In this document: positions 17,104 to 24,864 of the stretch, piece after piece
Position numbering within the stretch: the first letter of the stretch is position 1
How the letters are laid out: each line of letters opens with the position of its first letter
From: Thermoproteota archaeon
Lineage (GTDB): Archaea > Thermoproteota > Nitrososphaeria_A > Caldarchaeales > Calditenuaceae
Assembly (NCBI GenBank): GCA_030550235.1
Contig: JAUQPU010000006.1
Location: forward strand, 6,797 to 38,796
Direction: 5' to 3'
Length of the DNA stretch: 32,000 bases
Program-made: the position numbers and the translations under genes
Notes under the pieces: generated by a model
Seen by the model: the letters and a program-made list of their open reading frames with translations, nothing else
Told to the model about the DNA's origin: nothing
The model's database searches: none

Positions 17104-17727
17104 ATGACATTTATGATGGTCTCGATGTTTTCAGCGATTGTTCTAGCTGCTGGCGGGTCGCGGCGGATGGGTTCTAATAAGCTTCTGAAGCCACTCTGGG
17201 GTAGGCCACTTATCTCTTGGAGCGTGGAGTCCGCCTTAGCGTCTGGATGCGATGAGGTGATTGTGGTGCTTGGGTATGAGGCGGAGCTAGTCGGAAAAGC
17301 TCTCCCCTCTAACGTCAGGCGCGTGTTTAACGAGGACTGGACGGCGGGGATTTCAAGCAGCATAAGGAGAGGCATAGAAGCCGTCGCCCCAGGCTCGGAG
17401 GCCGCCGTCATAATGGTCGCCGACCAGCCCCTCGTATACCCAGCCATCCCAACACTACTCGCGAGCCTCGTACTTCAGGGAGGATACACCCTTGCCTGCG
17501 CCTCCCTAGAAGGCGACCCCCGAAACCCAGCCGCCTTCCATAAGACCCTCTTCAACGAGCTACTAGGGCTGGAGGGGGACAAGGGTGCTAAGCAGGTTAT
17601 TACCCGCCACCTATCAGAGGCCGCCTTTCTGGAAGTTCCTCGGGAGGCGCTTATAGACGTGGATAGGCCGGAGGACCTGGCGAGGCTGGAGAAGACCCTC
17701 TCTCCGCCTCATGCTAAATTCTTTTGA
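17104..17727 (+). CDS. MobA/MocA-like nucleotidyltransferase (molybdenum cofactor cytidylyl/guanylyl-transferase family)
   Basis: AIVLAAGGSRRMGSNKLL N-terminal NTP-transferase motif and IMVADQP. Confidence 0.75.
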   Translation: MTFMMVSMFSAIVLAAGGSRRMGSNKLLKPLWGRPLISWSVESALASGCDEVIVVLGYEAELVGKALPSNVRRVFNEDWTAGISSSIRRGIEAVAPGSEAAVIMVADQPLVYPAIPTLLASLVLQGGYTLACASLEGDPRNPAAFHKTLFNELLGLEGDKGAKQVITRHLSEAAFLEVPREALIDVDRPEDLARLEKTLSPPHAKFF

Positions 17728-17756
17728 GGGGCTGGTGTGTGGTTTCTGAATTGGGT

Positions 17757-18521
17757 ATGGGTAGGCTAGATGGTCTCGTGGCCCTGGTTACTGGGTCGAG
17801 TAGGGGTATTGGCAGGGGTATCGCTATGGAGATGGCGAGGGAGGGGGCGAGGCTGGTCTTACATGCCACTAGTAGGGAGAGTTTGAGGGAGACCTCGAAT
17901 ATCCTAGCCGGGCTTGGGGTGGACTTTATAGGGGTTGCCGCCGACCTCTCCCGTATCGAGTCGTGCGAGAGTGTGGTAGAGGAGACGGTGGAGCGGATGG
18001 GGCGGATAGATATTCTAGTCAACAATGCAGGGGTCAATGTGGCCAAGCCCGCGTCGGAGCTGAGCCTTGACGAGTGGGATTGGGTTTTGACAGTTAACCT
18101 TAAGGCGCCGTTTCTCTGCTCAAGACATGCCGCAAAGGATATGTCGAGAAGGGGATGGGGGAGGATAATCAACATAGCATCAGTCACCTCTTTTATGGGC
18201 ATAACTGGTAGAACAGCCTACTCCTCCTCTAAGGCCGGGATACTTGGGCTGACGAGGACCCTCGCCCTCGAGCTGGCCCCCCATGGAATCACCGTCAACG
18301 CGATAGCCCCAGGCTTCATAGCCACCGATATGGTGAGGCGACGCATAGAGGAGGGGACGCTTGACCTCGAGAGACTGCTTAGGAGGATACCTCTAGGCAG
18401 GCTCGGAGCGCCTGAGGAGGTAGGGCGGCTGGCCGTCTTCCTAGCAAGCCCGGAGGCCTCTTACATCACTGGCCAGGTCTTCGTAATCGATGGGGGCTTC
18501 CTAGCCAACGCTACTCCTTAA
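17757..18521 (+). CDS. Short-chain dehydrogenase/reductase (FabG-like)
   Basis: ALVTGSSRGIGRGIA, NNAG and YSSSKAG motifs. The tracked ORF starts at TTG 17724; ATG 17757 gives the usual SDR N-terminus. Confidence 0.88.
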   Translation: MGRLDGLVALVTGSSRGIGRGIAMEMAREGARLVLHATSRESLRETSNILAGLGVDFIGVAADLSRIESCESVVEETVERMGRIDILVNNAGVNVAKPASELSLDEWDWVLTVNLKAPFLCSRHAAKDMSRRGWGRIINIASVTSFMGITGRTAYSSSKAGILGLTRTLALELAPHGITVNAIAPGFIATDMVRRRIEEGTLDLERLLRRIPLGRLGAPEEVGRLAVFLASPEASYITGQVFVIDGGFLANATP

Positions 18522-18580
18522 AGAAGTAGTGGGGGCTCGGAATAGATTTTTAAAGGAGAGGGGCAAAATCCTCCGCGAAG

Positions 18581-19180
18581 TTGCATAAGAAAGATAGACG
18601 GGGCACTGGCGCGAGAAAGGAGCGCTCAAGGCTTTCATACATCTTGGCCTTCCTACCCGCAGTCCTCTTCGTGGGGCTTTTAGTCTTTCTCCTATCAGCC
18701 CCTCCCACTACACCCCCAGTTACATCTATAACTTCTGCAGGCGAGAAGGGAGAGGCCCCGGATTTCGTATTGAGGAGGCTGACACCCAACGGCTTGAGTG
18801 ACGAGACATTTACACTATCCTCTGCGAGGGGACGGGTGGTTTTTCTTGACTTCGCTTGGTGGCGGTGCCCGCACTGTAACAACATGGAGCCGGTGATCAA
18901 GGACCTCTACTCGGAGTTTAGCGGGCGCGGAGTCGTCTTTGTCACCGTACTGATCGATGACAGGCAGAGCAGTGTCTCTGAGAGCGCCCGCTTCGTCGCC
19001 CAGCATGGAATCTCTTGGATAGCCCTCTGGGACGAGGGGAGCAGGGTGTCGGGCCTCTACGGAGTCAAGGGGACGCCTACCTACGTTATAATAGATAGGA
19101 ATGGCAAGATTGTCAGTGCCGTAAGTGGGGAGCAGCCTAAGGAATATCTCGCAAGCATCCTGAACTCGGTCTTAGGGTGA
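18581..19180 (+). CDS. Membrane-anchored thioredoxin-fold thiol:disulfide oxidoreductase (TlpA/DsbA-like, CPHC)
   Basis: N-terminal TM (LSYILAFLPAVLFVGLLVFLL), a redoxin fold with WWRCPHCNNMEP, and GTPTYVIID. Confidence 0.8.
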   Translation: MHKKDRRGTGARKERSRLSYILAFLPAVLFVGLLVFLLSAPPTTPPVTSITSAGEKGEAPDFVLRRLTPNGLSDETFTLSSARGRVVFLDFAWWRCPHCNNMEPVIKDLYSEFSGRGVVFVTVLIDDRQSSVSESARFVAQHGISWIALWDEGSRVSGLYGVKGTPTYVIIDRNGKIVSAVSGEQPKEYLASILNSVLG

Positions 19181-19612
19181 TTGGCCGCCTTGAGCCGCTG
19201 GTCAGCCTCTAGAGTGGCTTATCTCGCCTCAGCCGTCCTCTCAGCAGCAGGCCTCCCACTATCAATCTACCTGATTTCACCCAGCAATCTACCCCAGTTC
19301 TGCGAGATCGGCAACACATTCTCCTGCGAGTCGGTTATTCAGAGCGAGTATTCCCGCTTCATGGGTATACCTTTAGCCGCCTTTGGGGCCATGTGGTTTG
19401 TAGTGGCTTTAGCCTTATCGATAGCGGCGTTGGCCGAGTTGAGGGTTGGCCTCCTCTTAGTCTCTTGGTCGGTCCTAGGTGTCCTAGGCGCTTTTGCTCT
19501 ACTCTACATAGAAGTATTCCTTATAGGAAGTATATGTCTACTATGCACAATAGCACACGCCATAGGTGGAGGTGTCTTTGCCGTAGCCCTCCTCGCGTAC
19601 CTCTGGTCCTAG
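19181..19612 (+). CDS. Vitamin K epoxide reductase (VKOR) family protein
   Basis: Loop cysteines C-x7-C followed by S...GIP (CEIGNTFSCESVIQSEYSRFMGIPLAAFG) and a CLLC motif in a late TM helix. The TTG start directly abuts the upstream stop. Confidence 0.8.
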   Translation: MAALSRWSASRVAYLASAVLSAAGLPLSIYLISPSNLPQFCEIGNTFSCESVIQSEYSRFMGIPLAAFGAMWFVVALALSIAALAELRVGLLLVSWSVLGVLGAFALLYIEVFLIGSICLLCTIAHAIGGGVFAVALLAYLWS

Positions 19613-19869
19613 CCGCCCATTACTTCGGGATAGAAATAGAAGGTTTTTCCAACCTCCTTGACTACTCGGCCCACCTCCGCCTCCTCGTCAATTATCTTTC
19701 CTCCATGGCCGACCAGCCTGAAGAACGCGCCCGAGACTCCGAGCTCCCGCGATATTCTCTCTATTAGCTGGCCTATACTCTCGTTGAGATCCGCCTCTAT
19801 CCTCAGCTTCCTTGAGGGGCCTATTAGTGGAATAACTTCTATGGGCTCCAATCTGTTGGTGTTTTTCAT
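19609..19869 (-). CDS. Small ubiquitin-like (ThiS/MoaD/SAMP-type beta-grasp) protein ending in Gly-Gly
   Basis: 86 aa. The C-terminus ...KTFYFYPEVMGG is followed immediately by the stop, and the overall pattern resembles MoaD/ThiS (...F.P.V.GG). Confidence 0.55.
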   Translation of the reverse strand: MKNTNRLEPIEVIPLIGPSRKLRIEADLNESIGQLIERISRELGVSGAFFRLVGHGGKIIDEEAEVGRVVKEVGKTFYFYPEVMGG

Positions 19870-20014
19870 GCCACTTGTATTTTAACAGGGTGGGGGTCCA
19901 TGGGGTTAGGGATTTTCGTGGTATATATGGGGAAGATACTGGGCGCTGGCTGGGGCGACGCTGGAGAAAACTCTATTATCGGTTGGGGGGCCGCTTAGCT
20001 GTGAGCTGAGGGGC

Positions 20015-20458
20015 TTGACATTTGAGCTCGATGAGCTGGATAGGCGGATTATTGAGCTGATGAGGAGGGATGCGAGGAGGAGTTACCAGTCGATCGGGAG
20101 GGAGTTGGGGGTCTCGGAGGGGACTGTGAGGAAGCGTGTGAAGAGGCTCATAAAGTCGGGTGTCATAAAGCGTTTCACAATCGAGGTTGAGAGGCCCCAA
20201 CAGGTCCAAGCCATCTCGATGGTCTCGGTCGACCCTTCTGTACCAACCCCCACGGTGGCCGAGAAGCTGGCGAGGCTGCGGGGCGTCGAGAGGGTATACG
20301 AGGTTACAGGCCAGTACGACGCGCTAGTAATCATAACGCTTAACAGCATGACAGAGCTCAACAGATGTATAGAGGAGATCAGGATGATTCAGGGTGTAAG
20401 GGATACAAATACCGCGATGGTTCTCAGGGTTGTTGGCCCTCTGACGCAAGCCGAATAA
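20015..20458 (+). CDS. Lrp/AsnC-family transcriptional regulator
   Basis: LDELDRRIIELMRRDARRSYQSIGRELGVSEGTVRKRVKRLIKSGVI HTH, followed by a RAM-type C-terminal domain. Confidence 0.9.
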   Translation: MTFELDELDRRIIELMRRDARRSYQSIGRELGVSEGTVRKRVKRLIKSGVIKRFTIEVERPQQVQAISMVSVDPSVPTPTVAEKLARLRGVERVYEVTGQYDALVIITLNSMTELNRCIEEIRMIQGVRDTNTAMVLRVVGPLTQAE

Positions 20459-20981
20459 CCTTCTCGACAGCCTCCCTGGGCGAGCCGGCTCTGTGAATTA
20501 GCACCCGCTGCCTATCATCTAGGTATTTTCCAGCATATTCGTCGGCCACGCCTCCGGAGCCTGAGACTGCGACTATGGGCTTCCCCTCCAGATACGCTAC
20601 TGCGACCTCTATCAGGGTTCCCGCGCCTCCTCCCACAACTATAACGCCGTCAGAAGACCAGACGTTTACCATGTTCCTCATATGGCTGAGGCCCGTGGCT
20701 ATCTTGACCGTGCTGTAGGGGTTGGCTGCCGAGGTCTCTTTTTGGGGGAGGATAGAGACCGTGATTCCACCATTTTCGCGGGCGCCTCTCGCCGCCGCAG
20801 CCATTACACCCCCCAACCCCCCCGTTACTAGGATACATCCCCGCCGCGCGATCTCCGCGCCAACCTCATAAGCCAAGGCCCTCGCGATGTCGGTACAGGA
20901 GTCCTCATTGTAGCCTACAACCAGTATCTGATATCCCACGGGACACCACCTCCAACTCCTCCAACACCCATACAGTCTCAA
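20424..20981 (-). CDS. TIGR00725/LOG-like Rossmann-fold protein (SLOG superfamily)
   Basis: LVTGGLGGVMAAAARGA and VVGGGAGTLIEVA motifs (GGxGxM... / GGxGTxxE), typical of LOG/lysine-decarboxylase-like proteins. Confidence 0.75.
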   Translation of the reverse strand: MRLYGCWRSWRWCPVGYQILVVGYNEDSCTDIARALAYEVGAEIARRGCILVTGGLGGVMAAAARGARENGGITVSILPQKETSAANPYSTVKIATGLSHMRNMVNVWSSDGVIVVGGGAGTLIEVAVAYLEGKPIVAVSGSGGVADEYAGKYLDDRQRVLIHRAGSPREAVEKVIRLASEGQQP

Positions 20982-20993
20982 AAATGCATGTCC

Positions 20994-21536
20994 TTAAGGG
21001 TGGTAGCGCCTGCCCCCCTCAACCCTCTTAACGGGGTTTACAGTAGTGTCAACAACGCCCGCGTCCATCAGGGCTAGTAGGAGCTCGTCGTAGTTCTTTT
21101 CTATGTCCACAAGGGCGCTGTCAGGCGAAGTTATATCCACCATCCGTTTACACTTCCAGATGTAGCCCCCGCCCCTAAGGTTAAGCCGGGTGAATGTCCC
21201 CACGAGGCTTCTGTCCAACTCGTAGTTGGGCCAGGGCAGAATATACTCTACGAAGCAGAACCTGTACGCTTTTTCATGGACATCACCGTAGAAGGTGTTG
21301 AAATAGAGGTATAGGGGGTCGTCTCTCACGTAGGTCTCCCAGGTTGTGTAGCGAGTGTAGAATGGGACCCAGCCGTCCTCCCGGAGCTCCATGTCCTCTA
21401 GAGAGACCGGCCGCTTCCAAGCGGATGGAAAAAACCCTCGCTCCTCCAAAAGCGGTATAACAGCCCTCTGGATTATCCCCTGCCTCATCAGCTCTATCCT
21501 TTCCCTCAGACTAAGAGCCATCCCCCATCCACTCAC
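20994..21536 (-). CDS. Hypothetical protein (aromatic-rich, no recognisable motif)
   Basis: A 180-aa ORF ending 12 nt upstream of the LOG-like gene on the same strand. Codon usage is similar to the neighbours. Confidence 0.55.
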   Translation of the reverse strand: MSGWGMALSLRERIELMRQGIIQRAVIPLLEERGFFPSAWKRPVSLEDMELREDGWVPFYTRYTTWETYVRDDPLYLYFNTFYGDVHEKAYRFCFVEYILPWPNYELDRSLVGTFTRLNLRGGGYIWKCKRMVDITSPDSALVDIEKNYDELLLALMDAGVVDTTVNPVKRVEGGRRYHP

Positions 21537-21629
21537 CAGACAGCCAAGACCCGCCCCGACCGCCGACTATTCTCCCCAAACTGACGCTAAATCTAACTAC
21601 ATAGCGGTTTAAATAACCTTAACTCGATT

Positions 21630-22415
21630 ATGATTCGGAAGACAATGATAGTAGTGGATGCTAATGAGGCTTCGGAGAACTCCAAGATGGTGGAGTCTCT
21701 CAGGAAAGTGGTTGAGGTTGCCGTCAGGCCCCTAGAGGCAGGAGACTATCTCATACTGGGCGCGAATGGGAAGGCGCTCGTGGAGAGGAAGAGAATCTTC
21801 GATTTCCTAAACAGCTTGAAGGGGAGGCTTTGGGACCAGCTGACAGCTCTCAAGAGCTTTGATGGTGAGAGGCTGCTTATCTTGGAGGGCTATCTGGGGC
21901 TTTACAGGAAGAGTAAGTGGAATGAGGCGGCGGTTCTCGGCCTTATCGACCGTATAGTGGTTGAGTGGGAGATACCGATTATCCCAACGCCCGATGTTAA
22001 GGCAACCCTCACATATCTTGTGTGGAAACATAAGAAGCTGGGCGAGGAGGAGAAGCTCAGGGAGTATCCGCTGAGGGTCAGTGGAAGAGAGATGACCCCC
22101 CAGGAGCAGGCTCTCTACACGCTTGAAGGCCTGTGCGGGCATAAGACGGCAAAAGCCCTCCTTACACACTTCAAGACCCTGGGCGACGTCATAGCCCTCT
22201 TCCATGGCCACTCAATAGCCGAGCTGGAGAGTATGCTCCGAGAAGTGAAGGTTGGCGGTCGGAGAATACCCTCCACGACGATAAGGAGGATGCATACAGC
22301 TGTGAATACGGTTTATACAGAGCCTACCCCCACATGGTTGGAAGATAGGGATGCCGGGCCCCGCGGAGAGGGTGAAGACTCTGGTCAGGGAGCTAAAGGT
22401 GAGCGGGAGGGCTGA
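21630..22415 (+). CDS. xpf: ERCC4-type nuclease with degenerate HhH2 tail (short crenarchaeal XPF-like)
   Basis: IVVDANE ... AGDYLI ... LVERKRIFDFLNS ... RLWDQ ... LILEG (GDxnERKx3D signature), then an HhH-like LEGLCGHKTAKALLTHFKTLGDV. Confidence 0.78.
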   Translation: MIRKTMIVVDANEASENSKMVESLRKVVEVAVRPLEAGDYLILGANGKALVERKRIFDFLNSLKGRLWDQLTALKSFDGERLLILEGYLGLYRKSKWNEAAVLGLIDRIVVEWEIPIIPTPDVKATLTYLVWKHKKLGEEEKLREYPLRVSGREMTPQEQALYTLEGLCGHKTAKALLTHFKTLGDVIALFHGHSIAELESMLREVKVGGRRIPSTTIRRMHTAVNTVYTEPTPTWLEDRDAGPRGEGEDSGQGAKGEREG

Positions 22416-22764
22416 GCTGGCATACGAGCTGGTCAACCAGATTAAGGATATCTGCCCACCAGGGATTGAGTGGGGGTTCGAATTGGCCAGGCTCCCCGGG
22501 GTTTCCTACATAGCCGAGAACGGCAGGATAGTGGCTCTAAGCATTTCTAGAGGCGAGTTCGGCCCATTCATGGATACTCGGATGAGGGAGGTCGCGGTGG
22601 AGAGCATACCCGCTGAGGCCCTCGCAGGGATAGTCTCCGACCCCGAGAGCTTTCTCGACGCCCTCACAAGCCACTTAATCCAGTGGCTTAGAAGCTCCCC
22701 TAAGAACCACCCGCTGAGGGTCAAGGTCGAGGAGTTCATCGACGCCATCTCGGAGAAGAGGTAG
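22351..22764 (+). CDS. Hypothetical protein
   Basis: A 137-aa ORF overlapping the xpf 3' end by 65 nt (17 nt if GTG 22399 is used). No motif recognised. Confidence 0.5.
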   Translation: MPGPAERVKTLVRELKVSGRAELAYELVNQIKDICPPGIEWGFELARLPGVSYIAENGRIVALSISRGEFGPFMDTRMREVAVESIPAEALAGIVSDPESFLDALTSHLIQWLRSSPKNHPLRVKVEEFIDAISEKR

Positions 22765-22770
22765 ATGCCC

Positions 22771-23271
22771 CTAGCCTCTCAGCCTATTCAATATCTCCTC
22801 AGCATCAAGCCGTCCCTTCTCCGAGAGCCTATAGACCCTCACCCCTGAGGGGTCTGTCTCGGCTACGAAGAGGTCTTTGTAGGGCTTCCTGAAGAACTCT
22901 GTGTCAAGCCAGTTCTTCGGCACCTCCTTCCCTAGCTCCCGGCTCCTCTGATTTATCTGCTCCCTACTCAAGGGCCCCTCATAGAGGAGAAGTATCTCGA
23001 CGAGCTCTCTATACCTGAGTGACTCAAGCCGCGGTACTAGCTCCTGTGGAAACCTCCTGACAGCCTGTTGAGCCGAGACAGGATAGGCCTCGGCTAGCTC
23101 GCCCAAAGACTCCTTGGCGAGCGCGACCGCCTCCTTCAGCCCTGGCGCCTCCATCAACCCTCGGACCCTAATCTTCAGTGTTGGAGAGAGCTGGAGCTCA
23201 ACCTCCACCTCATAGCCTCTACTCTGCTGCACGGCATAAGACCAGGGACAAGATAATAAATTCTTTAACAA
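22771..23271 (-). CDS. Hypothetical protein with probable C-terminal winged-helix domain
   Basis: A 166-aa ORF ending 12 nt... it starts 12 nt downstream of the THUMP gene on the same strand. ELVEILLLYEGPLSREQINQRSRELG...VRVYRLSEKG is wHTH-like. Confidence 0.5.
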   Translation of the reverse strand: MLKNLLSCPWSYAVQQSRGYEVEVELQLSPTLKIRVRGLMEAPGLKEAVALAKESLGELAEAYPVSAQQAVRRFPQELVPRLESLRYRELVEILLLYEGPLSREQINQRSRELGKEVPKNWLDTEFFRKPYKDLFVAETDPSGVRVYRLSEKGRLDAEEILNRLRG

Positions 23272-23283
23272 TCGCGGAGAGCT

Positions 23284-23799
23284 TCAGGCCTTCGCCAAGC
23301 TCAGTATCTGAGAGGGCGTGATAACTGATACTCCCGTAACACCGCCGAGAATCTCAACCAGCACTATCCAATCAGGTTTCTCAAGGTTTACTTTACGGTC
23401 TATCCTCGAGGCGACCCCCTCAATCACCTCGCGGCTGGAGAGCTGTGTATGCCTCTTCTCGACAACCACCTTATACGTGGCGTCGGGCGGTATCTTATCC
23501 TTCAGCCTATCCACTATTGCGACGATCTCCTCAATCTTACTCGGCGCCACAAGCTCGACGGGTATAAGCCGCATTATCCCCTCAACCTTGAGCGGCTCCT
23601 TCGAGGCAATCTCCCTGACCCTCTCAAGAACATGGAAAGGGTTAAGCCTTGTATAGGCTGTTATGACGCCCTGAATCCTCGTTATCTCGACTCTGGCGCT
23701 GTCGTCCCCCAGCTCAGCCAACAGGCTTGAGAGGGCTGCGACACCCAGCACCTCCTGCCCCCTCAGAGTCGTTGCGATAAGGTTGAACGGGCGTGACAT
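23284..23799 (-). CDS. THUMP-domain protein (Tan1-like RNA-binding)
   Basis: About 170-aa stand-alone architecture: an N-terminal ferredoxin-like part, then ...YKVVVEKRHTQLSSREVIEGVASRI...PDWIVLVEILGGVTGVSV, typical of THUMP. Confidence 0.7.
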   Translation of the reverse strand: MSRPFNLIATTLRGQEVLGVAALSSLLAELGDDSARVEITRIQGVITAYTRLNPFHVLERVREIASKEPLKVEGIMRLIPVELVAPSKIEEIVAIVDRLKDKIPPDATYKVVVEKRHTQLSSREVIEGVASRIDRKVNLEKPDWIVLVEILGGVTGVSVITPSQILSLAKA

Positions 23800-23918
23800 C
23801 CCGCCTAGTTAAGGGACGCGCTGAAGGAAATATCGTCTAGCCCTTTTAAAAAGGGGCCGCAACGGTCTCTCTGTTTTCAAATAACCTTTTTACGAGGTGC
23901 CCAAAGATTATAGATGAT

Positions 23919-24485
23919 ATGAGCGAGGATTGGTGGCGTAGGAGGAGGCTTCCAAGGCCCTTAGACATGATCGACGAGATGATGAGGGAGTTTGAGCGCT
24001 GGTTTGAGGAGGAGTTTAGACGATTTGAAAGGGAGTGGCCTAAGGAGCTGGTGAGGGAGGTGAGGACGCCTACTGGAATCAGGAGGGAGATAGGACCAAT
24101 AGTTTATGGATACTCGATAACCATAGGTCCGAATGGACGCCCAGTCATAAGGGAGTTCGGCAACGTGAGACCTAGCAGGCGCGGAGAGCTGCCCGCCCTC
24201 ACTGTTGAGAGAGAGCCGCTTGTAGACATGATTGAGGAGAATAATCAGATAAAGGTTGTCGCAGAGGTGCCGGGAGTCAAGAAGGAGGATATCGAGCTGG
24301 TGGTTCGCGACACGAAGCTCATCATAAAGGTGGATACCGAGACACGGAAATACTACAAGGAGCTGGAGCTGCCTGAGGAGGTTGAGATGGAGAAGGCCAA
24401 GGCAACATATAACAACGGAGTCCTCGAGGTTATCCTGCCTAAGAAGAGCGGGGGCGGACCCGCGCGGACTATAAAGGTCGAGTAG
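23919..24485 (+). CDS. Small heat-shock protein (Hsp20/alpha-crystallin family)
   Basis: Alpha-crystallin domain VDMIEENNQIKVVAEVPGVKKEDIELVV ... ELELPEEVEMEKAKATYNNGVLEVILPKK. Confidence 0.92.
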   Translation: MSEDWWRRRRLPRPLDMIDEMMREFERWFEEEFRRFEREWPKELVREVRTPTGIRREIGPIVYGYSITIGPNGRPVIREFGNVRPSRRGELPALTVEREPLVDMIEENNQIKVVAEVPGVKKEDIELVVRDTKLIIKVDTETRKYYKELELPEEVEMEKAKATYNNGVLEVILPKKSGGGPARTIKVE

Positions 24486-24524
24486 CTGGAAGCCCCCAGA
24501 TACTGCCTCAATTTTTCCAACACA

Positions 24525-24851
24525 CTAGTCTGGCCAGCTCCAATACTTGTATAGCATGTAGACCTCTCCCCGCCTGAAGAACCTGTGTTTCACGTCGCTG
24601 AACCTGAAGTTAGAGGCTTCAGCGCTGGGAGCCATCTTCTCCACCCCCTCAGCCTCCATGATTCTGAAGCCCACCACATCCCCTATCCTTGAGCCGTAGG
24701 GGTGGCTTGCACTCCTTATTCCCTGGTCTATCAGGTGAGCGGCGATGTTCTCAGCCTCCTCCCTCGTCGCCAGCCCGCCCCTCATCCCCAGCTCCTCCTG
24801 CCTCACCCAGCCCCGACCCTGGACGAAGAACTCCAAGACATAGAGGCGCAT
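24525..24851 (-). CDS. Hypothetical protein
   Basis: ORF downstream of the Zn-ribbon membrane protein. ATG 24851 (MRLYVLEFF...) leaves a 13-nt gap, whereas the tracked start (24902) overlaps by 38 nt. Confidence 0.45.
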   Translation of the reverse strand: MRLYVLEFFVQGRGWVRQEELGMRGGLATREEAENIAAHLIDQGIRSASHPYGSRIGDVVGFRIMEAEGVEKMAPSAEASNFRFSDVKHRFFRRGEVYMLYKYWSWPD

Positions 24852-24864
24852 GGACCCGCAACAC

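Noticed and set aside
17091-18202. Minus-strand ORFs of 118 and 162 aa
   Set aside because: They lie antisense to the MobA-like and SDR genes, both of which carry diagnostic motifs.
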